Counted from the first letter of the stretch, positions 39,098-48,521 are shown. The stretch is DNA of 64,000 nucleotides from Chitinophagaceae bacterium (GCA_035545755.1 DASZXQ010000048.1:5542-69541), one strand, 5' to 3'. Notes: generated by a model from the letters alone, not told the origin. Numbers and translations are program-made.

Positions 39098-40171
39098 ATG
39101 CTAAAAACCGTCATCACCGGCACCGGTTCCTATATTCCTCCTTTTATACAATCGAACCGTGATTTTGCAAAACATCTTTTTTACACTGAAGAACAGCAAC
39201 CTCTTGATAAATCTCCGGAAGAGATCATCGAAAAATTTAAACAGATCACCGGAATCGAAGAACGGCGTTATACAACGGATGAGCTGAATGCATCAGATAT
39301 AGGAGCTATAGCAGCGAAAATGGCGCTGGAAAGCAGTGGTACGGATCCCGAACAAATCGATCAGTTGATTGTGGCTCATAATTTTGGTAACGTTATAAAA
39401 TTCACCATCCAAACCGATGCAGTTCCTTCACTTGCCAGCCGTATCAAACATGTTTTAGGCATTCGTAATCCCAATTGCGTGGCATACGATATCCTTTTCG
39501 GTTGTCCCGGATGGCTACAGGGATTGATACAGGCTGATGCTTTTTTTAAAGCCGGTATCGCAAAAAAAGCATTGATCATAGGAACAGAAACACTCTCAAG
39601 GGTGATTGACATGTACGATCGAGACAGTATGATCTTCAGCGATGGAGCCGGTGCTTGTGTAGTGGAGTATCAGGAAACCGGTGATGACGGTCCGGGTATT
39701 TTAGGAATGACAGCGCAGACATTTTCGACCGAGGAGGTGGGATATATCGATATGGGAATGGCGTTTAAGCCCGGCAGCGATCCCAAAATCCGGTTTATAA
39801 AAATGAAAGGAAGAAAAGTATATGAGTTTGCAATGAAACATGTCCCCGTTGCCATGAAAGAATGTCTGGAAAAAAGTAATGTACCAATTGATCAGCTAAA
39901 AAAGATTTTCATTCACCAGGCCAATGAAAAAATGGATCATGGCATTATTAAACGATTGTACCAGTTGTATGGCATTGCTACGCCTCCTGAAAATATCATG
40001 CCGATGAGCATTCACTGGTTGGGCAACAGTTCTGTGGCAACTGTACCAACATTATTCGATATGGTGCTGAATAATAAAGTACCGCCACACCAGGTTCATG
40101 CAAACGATGTTGTCCTATTTGCTTCAGTAGGTGCTGGAATGAATGTGAATGCTGTATGTTACAGATGCTGA
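39098..40171 (+). CDS. 3-oxoacyl-ACP synthase III (KAS III/FabH-like)
   Basis: 357 aa. Active-site contexts FGCPGW (Cys), IHQANEKM (His) and GNSSVATV (Asn). Confidence 0.88.
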   Translation: MLKTVITGTGSYIPPFIQSNRDFAKHLFYTEEQQPLDKSPEEIIEKFKQITGIEERRYTTDELNASDIGAIAAKMALESSGTDPEQIDQLIVAHNFGNVIKFTIQTDAVPSLASRIKHVLGIRNPNCVAYDILFGCPGWLQGLIQADAFFKAGIAKKALIIGTETLSRVIDMYDRDSMIFSDGAGACVVEYQETGDDGPGILGMTAQTFSTEEVGYIDMGMAFKPGSDPKIRFIKMKGRKVYEFAMKHVPVAMKECLEKSNVPIDQLKKIFIHQANEKMDHGIIKRLYQLYGIATPPENIMPMSIHWLGNSSVATVPTLFDMVLNNKVPPHQVHANDVVLFASVGAGMNVNAVCYRC

Positions 40172-40193
40172 GAAGTTATCCTGCAATAGATCG

Positions 40194-40640
40194 TCAGTTC
40201 AATATTTTCACATTAACTGCAATAGGGCCCCGTTGTCCTATCTCAACTTCAAAACTCACTTTGTCGTTCTCTTTTACTTCTCCCGACAAATTATTTACAT
40301 GCACAAATATGCTTTGTTGCGACTGCTGATCTTTTATAAATCCAAATCCTTTTTCGTGATTGAAGAAAGTGACCTTTCCTTTGTGGGTAAGTTCTTCCTG
40401 GGTTAATGGGACATATTCAGGAACACCAATCTGAATATCTTCAAGTTTGATCTCAACTTTTCTCCTCGGATCCGGCGGCGTGGAAGAAATATTTCCGTTC
40501 TCATCGATATAAGCCATCATCTCCGCCAGGCTTTTTCCCTTTTTTGCATTTTCTTTCCGCTCTTTCATTTTATCTGCCTTGTCCATTTTGGCTTTTTGCT
40601 TTTTCTTTTCCCGTTCTTTTTTATTCCATGATTCACCCAT
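40194..40640 (-). CDS. cold-shock-domain protein with Lys/Glu-rich N-terminal extension
   Basis: C-terminal CSD (KGKVTFFNHEKGFGFIKD...IFVHVNNL). N-terminal ~85 aa are highly charged (KKEREKKKQKAKMDKADKMKERKENAKKGK). Confidence 0.88.
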   Translation of the reverse strand: MGESWNKKEREKKKQKAKMDKADKMKERKENAKKGKSLAEMMAYIDENGNISSTPPDPRRKVEIKLEDIQIGVPEYVPLTQEELTHKGKVTFFNHEKGFGFIKDQQSQQSIFVHVNNLSGEVKENDKVSFEVEIGQRGPIAVNVKILN

Positions 40641-40818
40641 ATGGTATTTGTTTTAAATTAAATAAATGCCGCTATAGCTACAATAATATAGAAAGCTCAA
40701 AATAATGAAAGGCGTTGTTGTAGTGCGGAATACTTGTGAAGGTACTCTTTTCTGGGCAAAGAGAATAATTATTGAGATCAGGAATTATTCAACTTTTCCC
40801 GATTAGCCCGAAAATAAA

Positions 40819-40841
40819 AAAGAGCCTTTGCAGGCCCTTTC
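40819..40841 (-). terminator. rho-independent terminator after the RRM gene (minus strand)
   Basis: The minus-strand transcript reads AAAGGGCC-ugcaa-GGCUCUUU (8 bp including one G-U) followed by UUUUAUUUU. Confidence 0.6.
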
Positions 40842-40856
40842 AAAAAATTTATGGTT

Positions 40857-41141
40857 TTACCATTTCCTTTTTTCGCCGGAAAAAGAATTTCTTCTGTCTT
40901 CTTTCGGCCTGGCCACTGATACTGACATAGGACGACCTTCCAGTTCCTTGTTATTAAGTCCGCGGATCGCTTCTTTGGCTTCATCGTCAGAAGACATTTC
41001 AACAAATCCGAATCCACGGGAACGTCCTGTCTCACGATCGGTGATCACTTTGGCAGAACTTACATTGCCATATTCAGAAAAAAGGGTTTTCAGGTCATTG
41101 TCGGCAGTGCCGAAACTTAAATTTGAAACATACAAATTCAT
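40857..41141 (-). CDS. RRM-type RNA-binding protein
   Basis: 94 aa. RNP2 LYVSNL and RNP1 RGFGFVEM motifs. Confidence 0.9.
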   Translation of the reverse strand: MNLYVSNLSFGTADNDLKTLFSEYGNVSSAKVITDRETGRSRGFGFVEMSSDDEAKEAIRGLNNKELEGRPMSVSVARPKEDRRNSFSGEKRKW

Positions 41142-41573
41142 GATTAAAAAAAATTTAAATAAAAAAAATTAATACTTGCGAGTAAAGTAGAAAGCAAAAA
41201 GTAAAGAAAAGGAAAATGTTACTGAAGGGGAAAGTAAAAATTTGCGCTGATCCTGTACAATGTGCTGACAAACCTTATCATCACTTTGTAAAGATAAGAC
41301 TTAATATTCAAAGCAGCGATTTTATTTATTATAGCTCCAACTGTATCAAGAGCAGTAATAAACCGGTTACTATTAGCAAATAGCAATCATGGTTTTGGTA
41401 ATAGCCACTGGTATGCGCTGTATTTATCAAAAATAAACTACGGTCAAAAAAAATTTATGTATAAAAAAGGCTTACCTTACTGTCGCTTTCACCTACTCTA
41501 TCAAGATCTGATCTGTCCTTTGGAGCTATTGTAAACTTTACTTTATTTTATTACTTAAAAAACAACTGACAAC

Positions 41574-42098
41574 ATGAAAAAGCTTGTAATCATGGCTGCC
41601 GCTACATTATTTTTTGCCGCTTGCAACAATGAGAAAAAAGGAGAACAAAAAGAATCCGGAACTTCTATTCAAATGCCTTACAAAGCAAACTATTCATCTC
41701 AATTCAACAGCAATGTTTCTGATTCAGCTGTGCTGACGGTGTTAAACTCCTATAAGTATTGGGAAAATGCAGATATGAATGGACTTGCAGGAACTATAGG
41801 CGACAGTCTTTACTTCCAGGGCTGGGATGGAATGAGGGTAAACGGAACAAATGCAGACATCATGAAACTCTGGTCAAGCCACCGGGATAGCATGAGCAAG
41901 GTTGAGATATCTATGGATGCGTGGAGCAAGGATCACAGTGCAGACAAAAATGAAGATTTTGTATTGGTATGGTACAAAGAAACCGATACGTACAAAACCG
42001 GGAAAGTAGATTCGGCAAACTATGCTGATATTAACCAGGTGAAAAACGGAAAGATATATTGGTACGCTCAATACAGACAGGAATTAAAACAGAAATAG
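41574..42098 (+). CDS. lipoprotein, possibly NTF2/SnoaL-like fold
   Basis: Lipobox MKKLVIMAAATLFFAAC. Size and alpha+beta pattern are compatible with an NTF2-like fold. The function call is weak. Confidence 0.55.
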   Translation: MKKLVIMAAATLFFAACNNEKKGEQKESGTSIQMPYKANYSSQFNSNVSDSAVLTVLNSYKYWENADMNGLAGTIGDSLYFQGWDGMRVNGTNADIMKLWSSHRDSMSKVEISMDAWSKDHSADKNEDFVLVWYKETDTYKTGKVDSANYADINQVKNGKIYWYAQYRQELKQK

Positions 42099-42126
42099 TA
42101 TTCTGTAAATCACTGTTACAAAAAAT

Positions 42127-42155
42127 TAAATGCCGGTGAAATCACCGGCATTTTT
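42127..42155. terminator. bidirectional rho-independent terminator
   Basis: ATGCCGGTGA-aa-TCACCGGCAT perfect 10-bp inverted repeat flanked by A-run and T-run, between convergent genes. Confidence 0.8.
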
Positions 42156-42194
42156 ACTATCGTTTCAGAATTTTCCTTATACCAATTATTTTGC

Positions 42195-42992
42195 CTAAAA
42201 ATCGGAATACTCTGTGGGCCGTAAAAAAATATCATCAATATGCGAAACATTATGCTGGTATTCCGGCATTGCGGAAAGTTTTCTCCATGTGGAATCACTG
42301 GAAAAACTTTTCCAATGAGCATTCCTGTCAGCCATATTTTCATAAGTTGTCAGGTACATCAGGTTAGGCATCTTGTTTCCCGATATAACTGATCCAAAAA
42401 AAACAGGATTAAAATTCAGTCTTTTAAAAATGCTGATCTCCCCTCCTTCATTAAACATCCGGACTTTACTTCTGTGCAGTTTCTCTGTAGCACTTTCATA
42501 ACTCCGAAGTTCATACACACGATCTTTTTTATCAGCTTTTAAATTCGGAAGTTCCATCTGCGGAGTTAATGGAAAAGCTTTTAGTAAAATAGTTTCCATC
42601 CGGCTATATGGAGGAGTATCGTATACGGCGTTGATATATTCAGCTCCCGCATTTTGATAGGCCTCATCGGCATCAAGTGTTGAAGAAATTTTCGTTGTTT
42701 CCCCGGGAGATTTTAATGAAATGAAAACATACAACGTTTTTAACGCCGAAGTATCATTGGCAATTGCTTTAAAAACTCCAACGTTTTTAATATGCATCCT
42801 GTGCAAAGCAGGTAACAAGGCATTCTGAAGATAATTGTCCAGCACTTTTTCCTGTGATCCATCGGTGTAATGATATACTGTAAGTTGATAAAAAGACCTT
42901 GATTGTTTGGGAATCTGAGTCCACGATAAAAAATTTACAGTAATAATAATTGCGAAGATGGCAGCCGATAAGTTATGGACCCTTTTTTTCAT
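42195..42992 (-). CDS. NIPSNAP family protein (two NIPSNAP repeats, signal peptide)
   Basis: FYQLTVYHYTDG...LPALHRMHIKNVGVF and VYELRSYESATEK...FN repeats fit the NIPSNAP pattern. Confidence 0.78.
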   Translation of the reverse strand: MKKRVHNLSAAIFAIIITVNFLSWTQIPKQSRSFYQLTVYHYTDGSQEKVLDNYLQNALLPALHRMHIKNVGVFKAIANDTSALKTLYVFISLKSPGETTKISSTLDADEAYQNAGAEYINAVYDTPPYSRMETILLKAFPLTPQMELPNLKADKKDRVYELRSYESATEKLHRSKVRMFNEGGEISIFKRLNFNPVFFGSVISGNKMPNLMYLTTYENMADRNAHWKSFSSDSTWRKLSAMPEYQHNVSHIDDIFLRPTEYSDF

Positions 42993-43149
42993 TAGAGAAT
43001 GATTTAAGACTTTGCAGTAAGAACAGATAAAATACTTAAAAATTATTCATTGCACTCACTCGGGCCAATTGTGCAAGGATATTGATATTGGCGTATAAAA
43101 AAACAAAGCTGATCCGATCATTAACCAACATCGTAACAGCCTTGGATTT

Positions 43150-43827
43150 TTACTTTAGAATATAAGTAATAGCTCCTACATTTTGCCGGTATAATCCGGA
43201 CTTCAACCCGCTTCTGTTTATGTCAAACGAAGAATACCATACATATGGCACCGAGCCAATGCTTTTGATCTTTCCTTTATAAGCTTTATCGTCAAAAGAA
43301 GAGTAATAAGTGATAGCAGTATTGCCGATAGCTTTGAGTTTACCGCGGAACATTTCATCTTCGAAAGAAGAATAATAATCCAGTTCCAGGTTGCCGGCAA
43401 ACTTTATTTTCCCCCTGAAAAGCTTATCATCAAAATTATTGTAGTAATCAAAAATGGCCGTTCCGATACTTCTTATTTTTCCGGGCCTGTTATCCGATTC
43501 GTAAGAACCATAATAAGTGATGGTGCAGGTGCCGATATTTTTTATTTTTCCCCTGAATGCAGAATCAGATTGCTGATCATAATAGTCCATTCTTCCCATA
43601 AATGGCTGCAGCTTTGGCGCATAAAAATTGTATCGGTCAGATAATAATTCAGTTCCCCATTCCAATATTTTCCCTTCCGGAGAAATGCGTATAAGCACTC
43701 CCTGGTCAGTCAGAAAGGAAATATAATCAAGATTAGATCCCCCGGAAAAAGTTACCTGGCTCAGTTGCTGGCTGTGGAGTGAAAGGGCAAGGATCAAAAC
43801 GGACAGTGTTATTAAAAGTTTGCGCAT
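43150..43827 (-). CDS. secreted protein built from ~23-residue GKIK.IG....YYSSFDD repeats
   Basis: Signal peptide MRKLLITLSVLILALSLHSQ. Five to six tandem copies of G-K-I-K-x-I-G-x3-I-x-Y-Y-x2-F-D-D-x2-F-R. Confidence 0.65.
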   Translation of the reverse strand: MRKLLITLSVLILALSLHSQQLSQVTFSGGSNLDYISFLTDQGVLIRISPEGKILEWGTELLSDRYNFYAPKLQPFMGRMDYYDQQSDSAFRGKIKNIGTCTITYYGSYESDNRPGKIRSIGTAIFDYYNNFDDKLFRGKIKFAGNLELDYYSSFEDEMFRGKLKAIGNTAITYYSSFDDKAYKGKIKSIGSVPYVWYSSFDINRSGLKSGLYRQNVGAITYILK

Positions 43828-43896
43828 GGTTTTACAATCTTACTGTAAAATTATAAAAAATCCACACCCATGCAACTAAGCAGTATAAAAGGCAGA

Positions 43897-44325
43897 TCAG
43901 AGTATGGTCTCTCTGAATTTCTTATTATGAAACAAAAAAGGAATCGATAAAATACCAACTCCGGTGATAATAATAATACCCAGTAGCAAACCCCTGAATT
44001 GTTCTGTGATTTCATGATCGGATGAACGTACCACGGATCCGGCTTTTATTATTCCCAGTATCGTCAGCAAAAGAAATACTGCAACAAAAATGAATTCTGA
44101 CTTTTTAGAATTCATAAATGAGAAATAAATAAACCCAATGACTACAAAAAGAAGATTTACTGCAAAGATCAGCGTAGATACGTTAATGATATCATTTAAA
44201 GGGAACCCTGTTTCATCACGATAAATAATGTTATAGATCAGGCAAACAATGCAGGTAACAAAGCCTACAAATACGCTGGTCAGCATTGCCTTGGAAAACG
44301 GGGTTTGAAAAGTTTCTTCTTTCAT
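43897..44325 (-). CDS. small integral membrane protein (about 4 TM)
   Basis: 142 aa with four hydrophobic helices. No recognisable motif. Confidence 0.55.
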   Translation of the reverse strand: MKEETFQTPFSKAMLTSVFVGFVTCIVCLIYNIIYRDETGFPLNDIINVSTLIFAVNLLFVVIGFIYFSFMNSKKSEFIFVAVFLLLTILGIIKAGSVVRSSDHEITEQFRGLLLGIIIITGVGILSIPFLFHNKKFRETIL

Positions 44326-44596
44326 ACTAATTAAATTTTTGAGCGTTAGAAATATTGATATCTCGTAGTGGCGGGCAGTGATGCAAGTTACTAATAAAGA
44401 AAAAGCAAACCGGATCTTGAGTAGCTGAAACGAATTAGAATAGCATTAAAATTTGCCAGCAATAACTGTGTTCGACAGGATATCTAAAAAAATCTTCATA
44501 AAACTATTCAGCAGTTCCTGTCAGAATAATGAATGGCGGTAAATAATTTTGAAACCATAAATCGGGAAATAGACAGGTCGGTGGCTTTCCTAACAA

Positions 44597-45238
44597 CTAT
44601 TTTTTCAACAGCACATCAATCGCTGCGATCACAGTATCTGCCGACGCCAGGATTTGCGGAGTGTAGATCTCTACATCATGAGCAAACATGCGCCGATCGA
44701 ACAATACAGAGCGGAATACAGGGTCGGCGATCAGGTTATACTGATTTTCGCCTGACTTGAATAAACCATTATTATAAAGATAAGGTCTTGCTGTTTGATC
44801 CCATTGCTCATCCCAATGACGTTTTGATGCAGCAATGCCTTCAAACCAGGCAACATGCCGGGCGATCTTCAATTTCACTTCAGCATTACTGATATAATTT
44901 CCATTGAGAATATCTTTGTACGCAAGGAGTGTCATGTCATAAGCCCTTGTGGTCATGATCCCTTTTATGAGATCTGCATTGGATGCATTCTTTATTAACC
45001 CGTTTAATAAAGAATCAATTCTTTTTACAATACTGCCGGCAATAGTATAGATAGTGGTCACATCTTCTTTATGCTTTATAAAATCATTGCGGATCTGCAT
45101 AAGATAAACTGTTTCATCTGCATTGCTTATCGATGCCGAGGTTGATTTTGCAGAGCTGCATGAAACCAAATTAGTCGTAAAGAAAAAAATACTGCAGCTT
45201 ATCCCTGCAGCCATACATAAAAGGTGAGATTTCCGCAT
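44597..45238 (-). CDS. hypothetical lipoprotein
   Basis: The ATG at 45238 gives MRKSHLLCMAAGISCSIFFFTTNLVSCSS. No recognisable motif. Confidence 0.55.
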   Translation of the reverse strand: MRKSHLLCMAAGISCSIFFFTTNLVSCSSAKSTSASISNADETVYLMQIRNDFIKHKEDVTTIYTIAGSIVKRIDSLLNGLIKNASNADLIKGIMTTRAYDMTLLAYKDILNGNYISNAEVKLKIARHVAWFEGIAASKRHWDEQWDQTARPYLYNNGLFKSGENQYNLIADPVFRSVLFDRRMFAHDVEIYTPQILASADTVIAAIDVLLKK

Positions 45239-45419
45239 ATATTTAAGTTTGGAGATAAAAGCGGGTAGCACATCCGAAGATAGCTATTCTAAGTACAATT
45301 ATTTTTTCAGCTTTCACTTGCCAACCAGCATCATTCATCTTCGTGATGATTGTCATTTTCCACAGTAAAAGACAAACATAGCTTCGCAGTATATTATTCA
45401 CTCTTTAAAATTAATATAT

Positions 45420-46127
45420 ATGCTTACACTACAGGAAAGCGATGTTCTCGCAATGCCAAGGATCGGCGACAAAGCTCCTTCTTTCACTGCAGAAACCACG
45501 CAGGGCACCATTCATTTTCCGGAAGATTATAAAGGAAAATGGATCATCCTGTTCAGCCATCCCGCAGATTTCACTCCGGTTTGCACTTCGGAGTTTATGA
45601 CCTTTGCCAAAAGAGAAAAAGAATTTGCAAAACTGAATACGCAATTGGTGGGATTAAGCGTGGATGGTTTGTACAGCCACATTGCCTGGCTGCGTACGAT
45701 CAAAGAAAAGATCGAGTTCAGAGATATGAAAAATATGGAAGTAAATTTTCCATTGATCGAAGACATAACCATGACCGTTGCCAAGAAATATGGCATGATC
45801 CAGCCAAATGAAAGTTCAACCAAAGCAGTGAGGGCTGTATTCTTCATTGACCCAAAAGGGGTCATCCGGGCAATCATTTATTATCCATTGTCGCTCGGCA
45901 GAAATTTTAATGAGCTGAAACGAGTATTGATCGGATTACAAACAGCCGATAAATATGCAGTGTCATTACCGGCAGACTGGCAACCCGGCGAAGACGTTAT
46001 CGTTCCGCCTCCAAACAGTTGCGGAGTGGCAAAAGATCGTATGGCAGGTAAAGACGAAAATGTGTATTGCAAAGATTGGTTTTTCTGCCTGAAGCCATTG
46101 CCCAAAGAAGAGTTGGAAGTTGTCTAG
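45420..46127 (+). CDS. peroxiredoxin (1-Cys/Prx6-type)
   Basis: PRIGDKAPSF, FSHPADFTPVCTSE peroxidatic Cys motif. An alternative start at ATG 45453 is possible. Confidence 0.92.
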   Translation: MLTLQESDVLAMPRIGDKAPSFTAETTQGTIHFPEDYKGKWIILFSHPADFTPVCTSEFMTFAKREKEFAKLNTQLVGLSVDGLYSHIAWLRTIKEKIEFRDMKNMEVNFPLIEDITMTVAKKYGMIQPNESSTKAVRAVFFIDPKGVIRAIIYYPLSLGRNFNELKRVLIGLQTADKYAVSLPADWQPGEDVIVPPPNSCGVAKDRMAGKDENVYCKDWFFCLKPLPKEELEVV

Positions 46128-46151
46128 GTGCTTTCAATCTTAGTACGTTGC

Positions 46152-46178
46152 AGGCCTTCTTTTGAAGGCCTTTTTTTG
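46152..46178 (+). terminator. rho-independent terminator after the peroxiredoxin gene
   Basis: AGGCCTTC-tttt-GAAGGCCT followed by TTTTTTT. Confidence 0.85.
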
Positions 46179-46428
46179 TTGTGGAGGATACTAACTTTTT
46201 CTGTCATAGTAATTTTATCCTGACTGAATATTAAACTTTGCAAAAGCCGTCTTAAAGTCAAACCCCTTCTCCGGTTTTGCTTCGTACTATGAAATATGAA
46301 TTACTAACTGCAGACACACTCAGGGGATTGATCATTGCCATAGATATTGTGGCTGCATTGTTGTATAAATTCTTTATCAGCAAAAAAATATTAATCCTAT
46401 CTTCAATCCGCTTTTAAAAAACTAATTT

Positions 46429-47706
46429 ATGAAAGTAAAAAGAAGAGATTTCATCAATCTTTCTGCATTGGCAGCGGGCAGCGTAGTAGCGGGTATCAGC
46501 GCCTGCAACAGTAATGAAAAATCAGGCGCATCAACAAATCCCGCCACCGATCTCCAATCAATGACAGGGGATGTAGTACCTATTACATTAGAAGAAAGAA
46601 AGTCAAGAATTGCAAAAGCGCAACGATTGCTTACTGAACAAAAGATCGGAGCGCTGATCCTGGACTCGGGCACTTCGCTTCGGTATTTTACAGGAGTTAA
46701 ATGGGGATCAATCGAACGTCCGACTGTGGCGATCATTCCTGCCAATGGTGAGCCCCGGTATGTTTGTCCCGGTTTTGAAGAATCAAGATTGCGGGAATTG
46801 ATCAGCATCGGAAAAGATGTGTATCCCTGGCAGGAAGATGAAAGCCCTTATCATCAAATGGTGCTGGCATTGAAAGATGCCGGCGTTTCATCAGGAAATA
46901 TTGCTATGGAAGAACGACTTCGCTTTTTCATATTCGATGGCGTCCGGCAGGAAGCGCCTCAATTCAATTTCGTCAGTGGTACGCCGATCACCATGCCCTG
47001 CCGGATGTTTAAATCAAAAGCAGAATTAGCATTGATGCAAAAAGCCAATGATATCACTGTTGCCGGAATTAAATATGGTATCAGTCAGTTGCATGAGGGA
47101 ATGACGCAAAGTGAACTTTCTTCGATCATTGCCGGCGCACAGGAAAAATTGGGAGGAAGTTCTCCAGATGCATTGGTACTCTTTGGTGAATCTTCCGCTT
47201 TTCCGCACGGCAGTATCAAACCCAAAACATTAAAGAAAGGAGATATTGTATTGATGGATTGCGGATGCCAGGTGCAGGGTTATACTTCAGATATTACAAG
47301 AACCATTGTATTTGGTGCTGAGCCTACCAAACGACAACTTGAGATCTGGAATTTGGAAAAGCAGGCGCAGGCTTCCGGCTTCAATGCTGCAAAGATCGGA
47401 ACAGCTTGTGAAGAAGTGGATGCTGCCGCTCGTAAAGTGATCACTGATGCAGGCTTTGGCCCAGGATATAAACTACCTGGTTTGCCGCATCGCACCGGGC
47501 ATGGCATTGGCATGGATGGACATGAATGGGGTAATATGGTAAAAGGCAACAAACAAATAATTCAACCAGGCATGTGTTTCAGCGTGGAGCCAACTATTGC
47601 TATTCCGGGTGAATTTGGAATACGACTTGAAGATTGTGCCTACATCACCGAAGATGGCGCTAAATGGTTTTCTCCCACTGCTAAATCTATTACTGAACCT
47701 TTTTAA
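46429..47706 (+). CDS. M24 family metallopeptidase (Xaa-Pro dipeptidase-like) with Tat-type signal and lipobox
   Basis: MKVKRRDFINLSALAAGSVVAGISAC (RRxFI twin-arginine motif plus an ISAC lipobox). Pita-bread metal ligands in DCGCQVQGYTSDITRT, HRTGHGIG, SVEP and RLED contexts. Confidence 0.9.
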   Translation: MKVKRRDFINLSALAAGSVVAGISACNSNEKSGASTNPATDLQSMTGDVVPITLEERKSRIAKAQRLLTEQKIGALILDSGTSLRYFTGVKWGSIERPTVAIIPANGEPRYVCPGFEESRLRELISIGKDVYPWQEDESPYHQMVLALKDAGVSSGNIAMEERLRFFIFDGVRQEAPQFNFVSGTPITMPCRMFKSKAELALMQKANDITVAGIKYGISQLHEGMTQSELSSIIAGAQEKLGGSSPDALVLFGESSAFPHGSIKPKTLKKGDIVLMDCGCQVQGYTSDITRTIVFGAEPTKRQLEIWNLEKQAQASGFNAAKIGTACEEVDAAARKVITDAGFGPGYKLPGLPHRTGHGIGMDGHEWGNMVKGNKQIIQPGMCFSVEPTIAIPGEFGIRLEDCAYITEDGAKWFSPTAKSITEPF

Positions 47707-47745
47707 AATTTCTCCCGGAAAGGATCATTAATAACTCCTTCATCT

Positions 47746-48474
47746 ATGGCAGAACAGGAAATCATCAAACACACGAAAAAGATATTTGGTATCTGGAAAA
47801 CTGAAAGCAGTTTTTTACATAAGCTCAGTGATTTTATCTTGGAAATTTTCATCATAGTATTTGCGATCACACTTTCCATTTACTTTCATGACCAAAGCGA
47901 ATTAAGGCATCAGCGAAAAGAAACAAAAGAATTTTTGTTGGGATTAAGAGAAGACCTGAAAACCGACACAGTAGAAATGAATGATGATAAAGATTCTTAC
48001 AGCAATGCAGGTCACATATTTCAATACATAACAAACCGGAAATTGAAAGAGGTGCTCAATTCCGATACGATAAACAAATATTTTCACTGGATAATGAATA
48101 CAACCGGGCTGATCCCGAACGACGGAAGATTTGAAGGGTTTAAATCTTCAGGCAAGATCGGAACAATCGAAAACGAAGAATTGCAGAATAATATTATGGA
48201 CCTGTACCAGGAAGACATACCCAGCGTAATAACCGGCACCAATGCCTATACTCAAAGAAAAGAAAAACTCTTTGACTATCTTACTGCTAATCTGAAAAGG
48301 ATCACCGACACTACTACCAACTTCGTTTCAGTTTTATCAACTGAACAAGCCTTTAATATTTGCATCGGCCTTAATTATGTCGGCCAGATAATGGAACGCT
48401 ATGATTCCTGTATCAGTAAAGCAAGAGCAATTATCAAAGAGATCGATAAAGAGTATGGAAATGAGAACAAATAG
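47746..48474 (+). CDS. hypothetical N-terminally membrane-anchored protein
   Basis: 242 aa with a single TM (FILEIFIIVFAITLSIYF) then a soluble helical region. It vaguely resembles Bacteroidota DUF6090-type proteins from memory only. Confidence 0.5.
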   Translation: MAEQEIIKHTKKIFGIWKTESSFLHKLSDFILEIFIIVFAITLSIYFHDQSELRHQRKETKEFLLGLREDLKTDTVEMNDDKDSYSNAGHIFQYITNRKLKEVLNSDTINKYFHWIMNTTGLIPNDGRFEGFKSSGKIGTIENEELQNNIMDLYQEDIPSVITGTNAYTQRKEKLFDYLTANLKRITDTTTNFVSVLSTEQAFNICIGLNYVGQIMERYDSCISKARAIIKEIDKEYGNENK

Positions 48475-48476
48475 TT

Positions 48477-48510
48477 TATTTCTTTCAAAATCTCTTTTTT
48501 GAAAGAAATA
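48477..48510. terminator. bidirectional AT-rich hairpin between convergent genes
   Basis: TATTTCTTTCAAAA-tctctt-TTTTGAAAGAAATA perfect 14-bp inverted repeat. Confidence 0.65.
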
Positions 48511-48521
48511 AAATCAATTAC

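Noticed and set aside
40778-41172. ORFs 40778-41035 (-) and 40828-41172 (+), which overlap the RRM gene.
   Set aside because: The 94-aa RRM ORF (40857-41141) has canonical RNP1 and RNP2 motifs. The overlapping frames are low-complexity and lack motifs.
46289-46417. A 42-codon hydrophobic mini-ORF upstream of the M24 peptidase, considered as a called CDS.
   Set aside because: It is too short and has no recognisable motif, so I cannot support it as a feature from sequence alone. It is mentioned only inside a finding.
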